Assembly (NCBI GenBank): GCA_012727915.1
Contig: JAAYGD010000005.1
Coordinates: 1-36,356, forward strand
DNA: 36,356 nt
Source: Mycoplasmatota bacterium
GTDB lineage: Bacteria > Bacillota_I > Bacilli_A > RF39 > UBA660
Reading direction: 5' to 3'
Shown piece after piece: positions 1 through 9,658 of this stretch; position 1 is the first letter of the stretch; each line of letters opens with the position of its first letter. Below the pieces are notes generated by a model, which was given only the letters and a program-made list of their open reading frames with translations, was not told the origin of the DNA and made no database searches. A program made the translations under genes and the position numbers.

Positions 1-314
1 AATCCACCAAGTTCTCCCATATATATTAAATAATCCATACAATTCATATCAGTATAAAATGAAGGGAACTCTGGAGAATATCCAAGCATTTTTTTAGCGT
101 CTATTGAACCTATTTTATATCCACCAACAAATGCTTCTCCACTAGTAGGTATTATCAAATCACATAACATAGACATAGTTGTAGTCTTACCTGCTCCATT
201 AGGACCTAAAAATCCATATATCTTACCTGGCTTTAAATCAATTGATATATTATTAACTGCAATAAGATCTCCAAATTTTTTAGTAAGATTCTTTATTTCA
301 ATTATATTATCCAT
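1..314 (-). CDS. ABC transporter ATP-binding protein (ABC-2/exporter type); 5' part only, runs off the window edge
   Basis: Not in the ORF track. Hand translation from the ATG at 314: MDNIIEIKNLTKKFGDLIAVNNISIDLKPGKIYGFLGPNGAGKTTT..., with Walker A GPNGAGKT. RBS AGGAGG upstream; 8-bp overlap with the upstream gene. Confidence 0.95.
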   Translation of the reverse strand, partial: MDNIIEIKNLTKKFGDLIAVNNISIDLKPGKIYGFLGPNGAGKTTTMSMLCDLIIPTSGEAFVGGYKIGSIDAKKMLGYSPEFPSFYTDMNCMDYLIYMGELGG

Positions 315-3300
315 AAATCCTCCTTATCATGTAATTTCTAATAAGTTTATGACCTATAGATAAATAAACTAATAACGATATAAACGCTAATGTTAATATT
401 AAAAATATAATTATAAAAGGATTAAATTTTTTTATTGATATATTAATTGAATAATTTTGAGTTTTACCCCATCTATCGATTGACTTAATTACCAAATTGT
501 AATTTCCTCTTTTTAGTTTCAAATCAAATTCATCTTCATATTCAGTAGTTAATAAAGTACCTTGATTAAATACTTTTATTACTCTTAAATCTTCTTTTAA
601 TGTTTTATTTAATTTAATGTTAATTGGAGATTTATATGTATTATTCATTTTTAAACTATCAACTAATAAATCATTATAATAATTAATACTTACTGGAGAA
701 TTTTCATTTGTAACTCCAAATATTTTATTATCATCTGTTTTTATGGATTTCATAATATATAAATCAAACTCTGATAAAATTTTATTTTCTTTAGCGTCAT
801 ATATAATACTGGTATTAGCAGGTGGATTAATTATAAATAAACCATTACCATTTACTACTTCATTAATTTGTTTATAATAAGCAATAGAACTAAAACTATC
901 TTCCATATACCCCTTATTAAATTCTTGAGTATAATAAAAATCTACACTTCTTATTAAAGCTTTTTTATTAATATCATAAATTTCTAATACTAATTTTGAT
1001 TGAGGATAATATTCCTCTTTTAATATATATATTTCTTTTTTATTATCATTTGTAATGTCAAACCCAGATACAATATATTTATTACTCATATCATAATTAA
1101 ATACTATTAAACCATCATACTCAGCATCGGATTTTCCTGTAGAAATATCTCTAATGGGTTCTGGATTACCTTTTTCTTCTTCTTTATCAATTCTATATAA
1201 TGAAGAGCCATCTTTACCACTTATAAAATTATAAGATACTCCATTTATTACTTCACATAAATCATTATAACCATCATCATTTATATCATCTTCTAAAAAA
1301 TTATACATTGAACCATATGAATTCATTATATTAATAACAAAAATACTAGTCAGATCTTTACCAGATAATATATTATATATTTGTTTTTTATCTTTATCTC
1401 TATCGTTTATAAGTAATTCTTTAATACCATCATTATTAATATCTGGAATCAACAATGCATAATCCATATTTTGTAAATCATTAGGAAAAGAATGTTTTTT
1501 ATTTGTTTTAACATATTCAATTATTGTTCCATTTTTTTTAGAAGTAAAAATAGTGGCTTTATCTTTTTCTAATGCAATTAAATCATATATAGAATCACCA
1601 TTAATATCACCAACATTTATTAATTTAGACGAATCAACATCTAAATATGAATTAATAACTCCATAAAAACTTATAGAGGATCCATTTATAATCATAGAAT
1701 CAATAACTAATTCAGATATTTTGTCTCCATTCATATCATTAATTGCGGTCAAATCATTACCTATTAAATATGTATTTATAGTCTTACCATTTTGAACAAA
1801 AGAACCAGTTTGAAGCATTTTAAACTTAATTGTGGTTCCTTTTACTGCATCTATAATTAAAAAGTAAGACCCAATTACCCTGTTCTCTTCATCAGTCTTA
1901 TTTATGAGCGCAGTTATGTCATTAACACCATCTTTATTAAAGTCTTTTGCAATAGATATCGAAAACAATCCAGTATTATTAAAATCAGTTGGAATATTAT
2001 ATTCCCAAATAGGTAAAGTATCATTTAAATTATCATATTTCTCTATTTTATTTACAATACCATTAGTTTCATAACTAATATATAATTCATCATTATTACT
2101 TTTTAATATTTGAGGATAAGAATAATTATTTATATTTTTTATTAATTTAAAAGATTTAGAATCAACAAGTAAACTAAAAGTATCTATTTGTTCAATTAAT
2201 ATATTTTCTTTAATACTTTGAATAAACATTATATTATCATTAAGTTCATTTACTCCAATATATATTTTATTATCTTTTATTTTTTTACCAGATTTATATT
2301 CATACTCTCCAATAATAATATTCTTTTCTTTTATCTCTATAGGTAATAAAAAAGTATCACCCATATTTAAAGGTTCAATATTTTTAAATTTTAAATTTGC
2401 AATTGTTACTTCATTAACATTATTAAAATTATTAATATCAATGCTTATTACTTTAGGATTTAAAGAATATTCTTTATCTCTTTCTTTTGCATTTAAAAAA
2501 GCTCCAATTAATATTTTATCTTCATAGAAAAACATCTCAAAATTATTATAAAATTCAGTTGTTTTATTAGTTGGACTAATTGAATCTCCTTGATAAGAAG
2601 ACTCTGTAAAATAATATTGTTCTAATATTTCTTTATCTATATTATATGTATTTATTTTATCTAATACTTTACCCGTTTTTCTTTCAATATTAAATAGAGT
2701 TCCATCTTCTCCAATTGCGTATAATTTATCGTTATAGAATTCAACTTGCCAAATATTTCTTTTTACTTTATAAGTAATCCCATCTCTAATCAATGATAAA
2801 TCTTCTAATAACTTAGAAGACCATAATATCTTTCCAGTTTTACCATCCAATAATTTAACTTCTCCTAATTGGTTTGATATAGCAATTTCTTCAAATAAAT
2901 TATTGTTTATATCCTTTACTTCAGTAACATCCCAAATATTATCTTTATCTTTATATTTAAATAATAAAGAACCATCTTCATTACTTAAAACATATATAGA
3001 ATAATCACTTATTACTACTATAGAATTTCCTACTTCTTCAATTTTATTTATATTTATATTTTCATAATAATATTTTGATTGATAATTATATTTTTTTTCT
3101 GTTAATACCTTAGACCATATTATAGATTCATCTTTACCACTAAACGCAATAACATTATAATAACCATAAATAGAATTAGAAGAATAAACTATATCTTTTA
3201 TTTGATCTCCATTTATATCTTCTACTACAATTACACTAACTGGTTTATAATTAGTTTTAATATGTTTTACAACATCTTCATTTTTTATATAAATTCCTGT

Positions 3301-3471
3301 ATTAGAAGAAATAATATAGCTATCATTTTTGTCATTAATATTTAACTTAGTTACAATTGTCTTTTGTTTTATTGAAGCATCTACTCCACCAGAATAATTA
3401 AAAACACTAGGTTCTAAAGCTTTTACATTAACTAACAAAAAGAATATCATTATAAATACTATCTTTTTCAT
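307..3471 (-). CDS. Large membrane-anchored beta-propeller protein with FG-GAP-like Ca-binding and PQQ-like repeats
   Basis: N-terminal signal peptide; about 8 DxNxDGxxD/E-type motifs (e.g. DINGDQIKD, DFNKDGVND, DINNDGIKE); PQQ-like DGKTGKILW; Ig-like segment (GNYNLVIKSIDRWG); C-terminal TM helix. Confidence 0.8.
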   Translation of the reverse strand: MKKIVFIMIFFLLVNVKALEPSVFNYSGGVDASIKQKTIVTKLNINDKNDSYIISSNTGIYIKNEDVVKHIKTNYKPVSVIVVEDINGDQIKDIVYSSNSIYGYYNVIAFSGKDESIIWSKVLTEKKYNYQSKYYYENININKIEEVGNSIVVISDYSIYVLSNEDGSLLFKYKDKDNIWDVTEVKDINNNLFEEIAISNQLGEVKLLDGKTGKILWSSKLLEDLSLIRDGITYKVKRNIWQVEFYNDKLYAIGEDGTLFNIERKTGKVLDKINTYNIDKEILEQYYFTESSYQGDSISPTNKTTEFYNNFEMFFYEDKILIGAFLNAKERDKEYSLNPKVISIDINNFNNVNEVTIANLKFKNIEPLNMGDTFLLPIEIKEKNIIIGEYEYKSGKKIKDNKIYIGVNELNDNIMFIQSIKENILIEQIDTFSLLVDSKSFKLIKNINNYSYPQILKSNNDELYISYETNGIVNKIEKYDNLNDTLPIWEYNIPTDFNNTGLFSISIAKDFNKDGVNDITALINKTDEENRVIGSYFLIIDAVKGTTIKFKMLQTGSFVQNGKTINTYLIGNDLTAINDMNGDKISELVIDSMIINGSSISFYGVINSYLDVDSSKLINVGDINGDSIYDLIALEKDKATIFTSKKNGTIIEYVKTNKKHSFPNDLQNMDYALLIPDINNDGIKELLINDRDKDKKQIYNILSGKDLTSIFVINIMNSYGSMYNFLEDDINDDGYNDLCEVINGVSYNFISGKDGSSLYRIDKEEEKGNPEPIRDISTGKSDAEYDGLIVFNYDMSNKYIVSGFDITNDNKKEIYILKEEYYPQSKLVLEIYDINKKALIRSVDFYYTQEFNKGYMEDSFSSIAYYKQINEVVNGNGLFIINPPANTSIIYDAKENKILSEFDLYIMKSIKTDDNKIFGVTNENSPVSINYYNDLLVDSLKMNNTYKSPINIKLNKTLKEDLRVIKVFNQGTLLTTEYEDEFDLKLKRGNYNLVIKSIDRWGKTQNYSINISIKKFNPFIIIFLILTLAFISLLVYLSIGHKLIRNYMIRRIYG

Positions 3472-5087
3472 GTTCTTCCCTCACTACTATCAAAAGATAG
3501 AATAGAACCATTATTTTCTTTAATATCACTAATATGAGAAACTATAAATTCTCTTACATGATTTACACCATAAATACTTTTTAACATCTCTTCAGAACCA
3601 ATTTCTCTACCTATTCCATTTTCGGGTATTATTCCATTATAAATTATATCCTTATCATTTTCTTCCATATTTGAAAAATATATTTTAGAAGTAACATCTT
3701 TTTTCCAATATTCTTTACCCTTTATTTTCAATTCATCAATTTTATCTATTAAATATTCTTTTATATAATCAAATTGTTTAATATTCTCATCATTTAAGAT
3801 AGAGGAATCATCATGAGTTTCTTTTTTCAATACATTAGAATATATAATAAGTGATCTAAATCTATAATAAAACTTAGTTAAATTAAAAGTATCTTCTACT
3901 TCTTTATAAAAGTTGTCTTTATAATATCTATCATATCCATAATTCATTTGTTCTTTCCAATAACTAAGTTCACTATATATATTTTCTTTATTTTCTACAA
4001 TAGAATAATAATGTTTTCCCTCTTTTTCATATCTTATATATTTTTTTGGAGGATCTTCTTTTAAAATTTGAACCCTTTCAAAAGAACTATTAATCTCAAA
4101 TATATTTTTTTCTACTTGTAATGGTTTTGTTTTATTATTCAATGTTTGAATAGTATTTAACATTAAATTCATATTTTTTAAATATTCTTTTTGATCTTCT
4201 TCTGAATTTATATCCTTATTTAGAGAATCTAATTGATTTTTTAATATTACATAATATGTTTTTAATTCATCATGATCTATAGTTTTTTCTAAATAAGAAT
4301 ATATATTTAAAGAAAACAATCTATGTTCATGTTCAGAGATTTTCATAAATATATCATTATTACTTAGAGGTTTTGAAGCCTTAGCAGATATTTCATATAA
4401 ATCATTTAAAAATGATAGAGCTTCATCTTTATTAGAAATCTTATCTTTATAAGTTGATAACAATCCTATCTCATCAGTCATCTTTATTTTTTTCATATAT
4501 TCAAAATCTAATTTATTTTTTTCTAATTCAATTTTTTCCATCAAAGATTGATATGTTTCATCTTTACTAAATCTCGAATTAATATAAATGTCTTTTATTA
4601 CTGAATTAAGTTTTTTAAATAAATCACTTTTATTTTGTCTTTCAAAATCAAACTCTAAATCTTTTATTTTTAAATAACTCAACAAAATATTCTTTCTATT
4701 ATTTTCATAATTAAATAATAAGAATTTTTTAATATTCTCATCATTTAATAGACTTTGTTCCTTTAATATCTTTTCTTTTATGTTTTCTCTTTCTTTAATT
4801 AAGCCATCTAAAAATCCATGATTATATTCTTCATTAACTTGTTTTAAACTTCTTAATTCATAAATATTTCTTTCTATTCTTGCAAGTTCATTTGTATAAA
4901 ATAATCTTCTATCATTTAAAGTAGATTCATTACTTTCTTTTAAGTAAGAGTCTCTAATATTTTTATTGCTCGATGATAAGTATAATATATTTCCTCTCAA
5001 AGAAAAAAGCTCTATTACTTGAGGCATTAATTTAATATCAATTCTATAATTATTAAAAAAATTATTTAATATTTCATAGCACTCCAT
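3468..5087 (-). CDS. Hypothetical protein, 539 aa, likely helical/coiled-coil
   Basis: Long ORF with a GAGAGG RBS and a 4-bp ATGA overlap with the downstream gene; no recognisable motif. Confidence 0.75.
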   Translation of the reverse strand: MECYEILNNFFNNYRIDIKLMPQVIELFSLRGNILYLSSSNKNIRDSYLKESNESTLNDRRLFYTNELARIERNIYELRSLKQVNEEYNHGFLDGLIKERENIKEKILKEQSLLNDENIKKFLLFNYENNRKNILLSYLKIKDLEFDFERQNKSDLFKKLNSVIKDIYINSRFSKDETYQSLMEKIELEKNKLDFEYMKKIKMTDEIGLLSTYKDKISNKDEALSFLNDLYEISAKASKPLSNNDIFMKISEHEHRLFSLNIYSYLEKTIDHDELKTYYVILKNQLDSLNKDINSEEDQKEYLKNMNLMLNTIQTLNNKTKPLQVEKNIFEINSSFERVQILKEDPPKKYIRYEKEGKHYYSIVENKENIYSELSYWKEQMNYGYDRYYKDNFYKEVEDTFNLTKFYYRFRSLIIYSNVLKKETHDDSSILNDENIKQFDYIKEYLIDKIDELKIKGKEYWKKDVTSKIYFSNMEENDKDIIYNGIIPENGIGREIGSEEMLKSIYGVNHVREFIVSHISDIKENNGSILSFDSSEGRT

Positions 5088-5138
5088 ATAGCCTCTCTTC
5101 TATTATACATAATACCATTTAAGCATAATAAAATCAAT

Positions 5139-5165
5139 AAAAAAAGAATTCATAAGAATCCTTTT
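5139..5165 (-). terminator. Intrinsic terminator after the RsgI-like gene
   Basis: Minus strand AAAAGGATTC-TTAT-GAATTC followed by a T tract. Confidence 0.6.
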
Positions 5166-5943
5166 ATCTTCCACTTTGTGCGCCAGTATCTACGTTTGTT
5201 TGACCATCTTGAGTGCTATTTGGTGTTTCACTAGTATTTGTTGAATCAGAATTATTTGGTAACATTGAATCAGAATTATTTGGTTTAGTTGAGTTTGATT
5301 TTAATTCGTTTTTTCTTAATTTCCATTCTGCTTCTAATTCTTCATCTGATTTACCTTTTTCATCATGTCTTTCTTCTACAACTTCATGAATATATCCTTG
5401 AATATCTTTAACCTCTTTAGTAGCTAAATCTGCTTCAGATAAAGCGGGATCCATTTCAATTGCTTTAGAAATCAATAACATTTTTCCATAACTGATATCA
5501 TAATTATCTGCAGATGCTTTCATTTCTTCAGTTACACCCTTTACTGTAAGCTCAGCATTATAATTTTTTTCTTTTATATGAGCTTATATTTTTGTTTTAA
5601 CTTTGTTTTCTAATTGAAGTCTAGTCTCTTCTGATGCATTCATTACAGTAAGTTCTATAGTATTTTGTAATTGACCAATTTCAACTGTATTATCAATTAT
5701 TTCTTCTGCAACATTCTCTATTGGTTTTCCAAGTAATTTCATATCTGATAATAATATATCAGCATCTTCATTTAATGGAGTTACTTCTCTTACAACATTG
5801 TCAGCATCTACTCCCAATTCTACTTCTGGATTAATCTTTAATAGTACATAACTATAACCTTCTGTATTATTTCTCATAAATACCAAGTAACCTACTACCA
5901 CAAGTAAAACAACAATACCTAAAATTGCAAAATATTTTTTCAT
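5164..5943 (-). pseudogene. RsgI-like (SEAL-domain) membrane protein interrupted by one in-frame TAA at 5584-5586 (pseudogene or sequence error)
   Basis: ORFs 5584..5943 and 5164..5523 share a frame and are joined by 20 open codons (AHIKEKNYNAELTVKGVTEE). TM helix followed by YVLLKINPEVELGVD...PLNEDA, typical of the RsgI juxtamembrane domain; S/N/T-rich tail. Confidence 0.75.
5241..5284. repeat. 20-bp direct repeat with 24-bp period (PNNSDS x2) in the RsgI-like tail
   Basis: TTGAATCAGAATTATTTGGT at 5241-5260 and 5265-5284. Confidence 0.9.
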
Positions 5944-5995
5944 TCATTCACTCCTTCTATGATAATATGCATCACTTTTCACAAAAAAAGTCAAA

Positions 5996-6817
5996 TTATT
6001 GTTTCTTTTTAATTGTAAACATATAAGAAAATATAAAACTAATAATTAATATTAAAATAGAAACAATTCCATTTATATCTAATGAAATACCAGGATATAT
6101 CGCGTAAATAGATCCTATTACAAACCCTATTATGATACTATAAGTACCCACATAATGTTTCTTTAATAAATAATTCATTAATTTAACTAAAATTATAACT
6201 CCAAATACTATTCCCAATAATAAATATATAAAATCCATAAAATTATTGCTTATAGTATTAATTGGATTGGTAATTAAATACAAAAAATACTCATAAGTAC
6301 CTACCAACATTAATAAAAAAGAACTACTAATACCCGGCACAACTTTACCAATAGAAAAGATTAAACCAGTAAGAAAAAGGTATATAAAAGATTGAGCATT
6401 AGTATTATCAATGATTGATAAATTAACAATATTTTTTCCAAATATAAATAGCAACAAAGATAAAGAAAAAGAAATAAATATTAATAAGTAATTAGGTTTA
6501 TGTTTTTCTTTAATATTATTCATTAAAGAAGGAATACTACCTAAGATTAATCCTATAAATACAAAATAAACTTGATTATAATTCTTTTCAAACAATAAAT
6601 ATTGAATGATTTTACCAACAAAAACAACTCCAATTGAAGCTCCTATTACTATTGGTGTTAATAATTTTAAACTCTCTTTAGGCCTTTTTAAAATATTATT
6701 TAAAGAAAATACTATTTTATCATATACATTTAATATAACGGCAATTACACCACCACTAACTCCTGGCATAATTAATCCTATTCCTATAATCAACCCCACA
6801 ATCAAATTATAAAGCAT
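5996..6817 (-). CDS. DUF368 family membrane protein (undecaprenyl-phosphate translocase family)
   Basis: Duplicated signature PGVSGG / PGISSS, FIGLILGS motif, multiple TM helices. Confidence 0.9.
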   Translation of the reverse strand: MLYNLIVGLIIGIGLIMPGVSGGVIAVILNVYDKIVFSLNNILKRPKESLKLLTPIVIGASIGVVFVGKIIQYLLFEKNYNQVYFVFIGLILGSIPSLMNNIKEKHKPNYLLIFISFSLSLLLFIFGKNIVNLSIIDNTNAQSFIYLFLTGLIFSIGKVVPGISSSFLLMLVGTYEYFLYLITNPINTISNNFMDFIYLLLGIVFGVIILVKLMNYLLKKHYVGTYSIIIGFVIGSIYAIYPGISLDINGIVSILILIISFIFSYMFTIKKKQ

Positions 6818-6825
6818 AAAAACTC

Positions 6826-7842
6826 CTATTCAAAAGTTGAATTTTGATTTAATGGTTGAATTTGAATATATGTTACACCATCATTTACAACTATTTCTTC
6901 CCCATCTACATATTTATAAACAGTTTGAGCCTCTCTAGAAGCTTTAGTCCAAGTTATTGGTCTAGCATGTCCATTAGTTACAAAATATCCATTACCTGTT
7001 CCTACATTTACCAATGTAATTCTACCTTTATCAGAATTATCTGGATCAGCATAACTTTTTACATTAATTATTATAATATTAGTAGTAGTTAATTGTTTTT
7101 TTGATTCTACATCAGTATGTTTATTTCCATTAATAAATCTATAATATAATCCTTCACTAGAATTATATTCATATCTTACAGAATAACTACTTGAATATTT
7201 TATATTTACTTTATTAGCAGACATAGCATCTTCTTCTTCAGATATTGATAATGTGTCTACCGAATAATTTAATAAATTATCCTTTTCAGTTGTTTTTCTT
7301 AAACTCTTACCTAATTGATTAATTTCGCTAATACTCGTAAATACATTGTGAGGAGAAATATGCCCCCAAGTACTTACTCTTTTAGCAGGTACTACATGAT
7401 TTATCTTATAAACACTTAAATCTCTTAAAGCTTGAGGACTTTGTCCGTGATGAGTATAAATAACATCGTTTTCCATAGCATAATCAAGATAATAATGTCT
7501 TGCACTTCTAACTGGCCCTATATAATTAGCATTACTATCTTTAAATATTGCAAATAAACGAGTTAATCCCCATTCTACAGATATATCATATATTAAATAA
7601 GCTTCCTCTAAACCTGCTTGAGGCCAAGCTCCTTTAACATTATCTATCATTACTCCAATAGGTCTAGTATTAGAATCTAAATCTATTATTTTTAATTTCT
7701 TTGTTGGTTTTACTATTACTTCTTCCTTTTCTTCTTCAACAACCTTCTCTGGTTCTTTTAAAAACATTAAACCTACAATTACAAATATACTAACTAAACC
7801 GATAGAAACCAATATATTTATATATTTTTTCTTTAATTTCAT
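6826..7842 (-). CDS. DUF3048 domain protein (YerB-like), membrane anchored
   Basis: RPIGVMIDN...AWPQAGL, TRLFAIF and GPVRSARHY motifs; start moved to the ATG at 7842, which follows a GGAGG RBS. Confidence 0.9.
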   Translation of the reverse strand: MKLKKKYINILVSIGLVSIFVIVGLMFLKEPEKVVEEEKEEVIVKPTKKLKIIDLDSNTRPIGVMIDNVKGAWPQAGLEEAYLIYDISVEWGLTRLFAIFKDSNANYIGPVRSARHYYLDYAMENDVIYTHHGQSPQALRDLSVYKINHVVPAKRVSTWGHISPHNVFTSISEINQLGKSLRKTTEKDNLLNYSVDTLSISEEEDAMSANKVNIKYSSSYSVRYEYNSSEGLYYRFINGNKHTDVESKKQLTTTNIIIINVKSYADPDNSDKGRITLVNVGTGNGYFVTNGHARPITWTKASREAQTVYKYVDGEEIVVNDGVTYIQIQPLNQNSTFE

Positions 7843-7918
7843 ATAACCTCCATAGTATGTAAACATTATACCACTTATAAATTAATAATAAATATTTACA
7901 AACTTGTTTTACGTAAAG

Positions 7919-7940
7919 AAAAAAAGCACGTAGTGCTTTT
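7919..7940 (-). terminator. Terminator of the tRNA operon
   Basis: Minus strand AAAGCAC-TAC-GTGCTTT followed by further Ts, just after tRNA-fMet. Confidence 0.75.
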
Positions 7941-7947
7941 ATTTTTT

Positions 7948-8024
7948 TGGTTGCGGGAGTAGGACTTGAACCTACGACCTCTGGGTTATGAGCCCAGCGA
8001 GCTACCAAACTGCTCCATCCCGCG
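7948..8024 (-). tRNA. tRNA-fMet (CAT, initiator)
   Basis: CGCGGGA...CTGGG-CTCATAA-CCCAG...ACCA; C1:A72 mismatch and three consecutive G-C pairs in the anticodon stem. Confidence 0.95.
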
Positions 8025-8033
8025 ATATAAAAG

Positions 8034-8126
8034 TGGCGGAGGAAAAGGGATTCGAACCCCTGCGCCGTTTGCACGACCTCCCGGTTTTCAAGACCGGTCC
8101 CTTCAACCAGACTTGGGTATTCCTCC
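8034..8126 (-). tRNA. tRNA-Ser (TGA)
   Basis: Anticodon arm CCGGT-CTTGAAA-ACCGG, long variable arm, GCCA end. Confidence 0.95.
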
Positions 8127-8133
8127 ACAATTA

Positions 8134-8222
8134 TGGTGCCCGGGGCCGGACTTGAACCGGCACGAGATTTGATTCTCGCAGGATTTTAAGTCCTGTGCGT
8201 CTACCTATTCCGCCACTCGGGC
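8134..8222 (-). tRNA. tRNA-Leu (TAA)
   Basis: CAGGA-CTTAAAA-TCCTG, long variable arm, ACCA end. Confidence 0.95.
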
Positions 8223-8231
8223 ATTAAAAAT

Positions 8232-8307
8232 TGGTGTCCCGTACAGAATTCGAATCTGTGACCCTTTGATTAAAAGTCAAATGCTCTACCAACTGAGCTA
8301 ACGGGAC
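8232..8307 (-). tRNA. tRNA-Lys (TTT)
   Basis: TTTGA-CTTTTAA-TCAAA; encoded CCA. Confidence 0.95.
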
Positions 8308-8319
8308 ATGTATATAAAA

Positions 8320-8393
8320 TGGCTGCCTCGGCTAGGTTCGAACTAGCGATGTCAGAGTCAAAGTCTGATGCCTTACCACTTGGCTACGAGGCA
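8320..8393 (-). tRNA. tRNA-Gln (TTG)
   Basis: TCAGA-CTTTGAC-TCTGA; acceptor stem TGCCTCG/CGAGGCA plus GCCA. Confidence 0.95.
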
Positions 8394-8404
8394 ATAACTA
8401 AAAG

Positions 8405-8488
8405 TGGTGGAGAGAGGTGGGTTTGAACCACCGAACCCGAAGGAACAGATTTACAGTCTGCCGCGTTTGACCACTTCGCTACCTCTCC
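8405..8488 (-). tRNA. tRNA-Tyr (GTA)
   Basis: GCAGA-CTGTAAA-TCTGT, variable arm, ACCA end. Confidence 0.95.
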
Positions 8489-8493
8489 GAATA

Positions 8494-8569
<76 letters not shown>

Positions 8570-8575
8570 AAAAAA

Positions 8576-8652
8576 TGGTGGAGGATATAGGACTCGAACC
8601 TATGGCCCCCTGCTTGTAAGGCAGGTGCTCCAACCAACTGAGCTAATCCTCC
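8576..8652 (-). tRNA. tRNA-Val (TAC)
   Basis: CCTGC-CTTACAA-GCAGG, ACCA end. Confidence 0.95.
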
Positions 8653-8677
8653 ACATACTTAAAAAGAACGCATAACT

Positions 8678-8707
8678 AATATAACACTTGTTTCAACTTA
8701 TTGTCAA
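8678..8707 (-). promoter_or_regulatory. Sigma-A promoter of the tRNA operon
   Basis: TTGACA-18 nt-TATATT with an extended -10 TG. Confidence 0.7.
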
Positions 8708-8717
8708 TATAAAAAGG

Positions 8718-9077
8718 TTATTTTTGACTTATTTCTTTTAATTTGTTTACAATGAAATTATTTAAATTTTCTTCTAAAATTTTAAAGCCAGATCCTACTT
8801 CTTTAATTAGTTTTCTCTCTTTTTTAGGTTTAACTTTATGGTTAATTCCTTTAATTGATAACTTAACGTGATTCTGCGCTTCATCTATCTCTAATATTTT
8901 GGTATATATGATGTCTCCAACTTTTCCATATTCATTTACATCTTTTACAAAAAGATCTGATATTTCAGATATATGAATTAAACCACTATAATAATTATCT
9001 AAGTCAACAAATATACCATATTTTTGAACTCCAGTAATTATTCCTTTTACAATCTTTCCTGGTTTATAGTCTGACAT
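8718..9077 (-). CDS. S1 RNA-binding domain protein (YugI/Gsp13/CvfD-like)
   Basis: S1 motif GIITGVQKYGIFV...GLIHISEIS...VKLSIK, then GSGFKILEENL. Confidence 0.9.
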   Translation of the reverse strand: MSDYKPGKIVKGIITGVQKYGIFVDLDNYYSGLIHISEISDLFVKDVNEYGKVGDIIYTKILEIDEAQNHVKLSIKGINHKVKPKKERKLIKEVGSGFKILEENLNNFIVNKLKEISQK

Positions 9078-9163
9078 ATTACACCTCTAATTAATTATAC
9101 AATATTATTTACTTTATATCAAAACAAATGTATAATCTATATGTAAAATAACAAGGAGGATAT

Positions 9164-9649
9164 GTGGATTTAAAAGAACTAACTATTAAAAAATTACAAA
9201 AAAGAGGAGTATCTATAGATAGCATAGCAGAAATAACTTTATTTCTCCAAGAAAAATATTGTAATAATTTAACTTTAGAAAAATGTAGAGAATATGTATT
9301 AAATGTAATAGAAAAAAGAGAAAGTATATACGCTATATTAACTGCAATTGCTATTGATGAAGCCGCTGAAAAAGGATTATTTGATAAAGAAGTAAATGAA
9401 CTTATTACAAATGATGAAGGATTATATGGAATAGATGAAATACTAGCACTAAGCATTGTAAATGTTCATGGGTCAATAGCACTTACAAACTTTGGATATG
9501 CAGATAAAATAAAACCAGGAATTATAAAAGTAATAGATCATATTGGTAAGCAAAAAATACAATGTCATACATTCTTAGATGACATAGTATCCGCTATAGC
9601 AGCTAGTGCCGCAAGTAGAATTGCTCATTACGAAAAAAAAGACAATTAA
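9164..9649 (+). CDS. pgpA: Phosphatidylglycerophosphatase A family protein (YutG-like)
   Basis: DEGLYGIDEILAL, GSIALTNFGYADKIKPGII and HTFLDDIVSAIAASAASR motifs; GTG start after AGGAGG. Confidence 0.9.
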   Translation: MDLKELTIKKLQKRGVSIDSIAEITLFLQEKYCNNLTLEKCREYVLNVIEKRESIYAILTAIAIDEAAEKGLFDKEVNELITNDEGLYGIDEILALSIVNVHGSIALTNFGYADKIKPGIIKVIDHIGKQKIQCHTFLDDIVSAIAASAASRIAHYEKKDN

Positions 9650-9658
9650 TGTCTTTTT
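9636..9658. terminator. Bidirectional terminator between pgpA and rny
   Basis: AAAAAGACA-ATTAA-TGTCTTTTT between convergent genes. Confidence 0.7.

Noticed and set aside
3468..5087. Anti-phage defence gene among the unknown ORFs
   Set aside because: No nuclease, NTPase, TIR, SIR2 or reverse-transcriptase motif is recognisable; this cannot be supported without a structure search.
5584..5586. Genome-wide stop-codon reassignment (TAA readthrough or code 4)
   Set aside because: Conserved genes end normally at TAA (rpsD, thrS), TAG (rplT) and TGA (ezrA), and Trp is encoded by TGG.
5965..5995. Possible Rex-like operator (TTGTGAA half-site) upstream of the RsgI-like gene
   Set aside because: Only one half-site matches, which is not distinguishable from chance in AT-rich DNA.
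7790..8172. ORFs 7790..8128 (-) and 7966..8172 (+)
   Set aside because: They are translations of tRNA-Ser, tRNA-fMet and tRNA-Leu sequence, not proteins.
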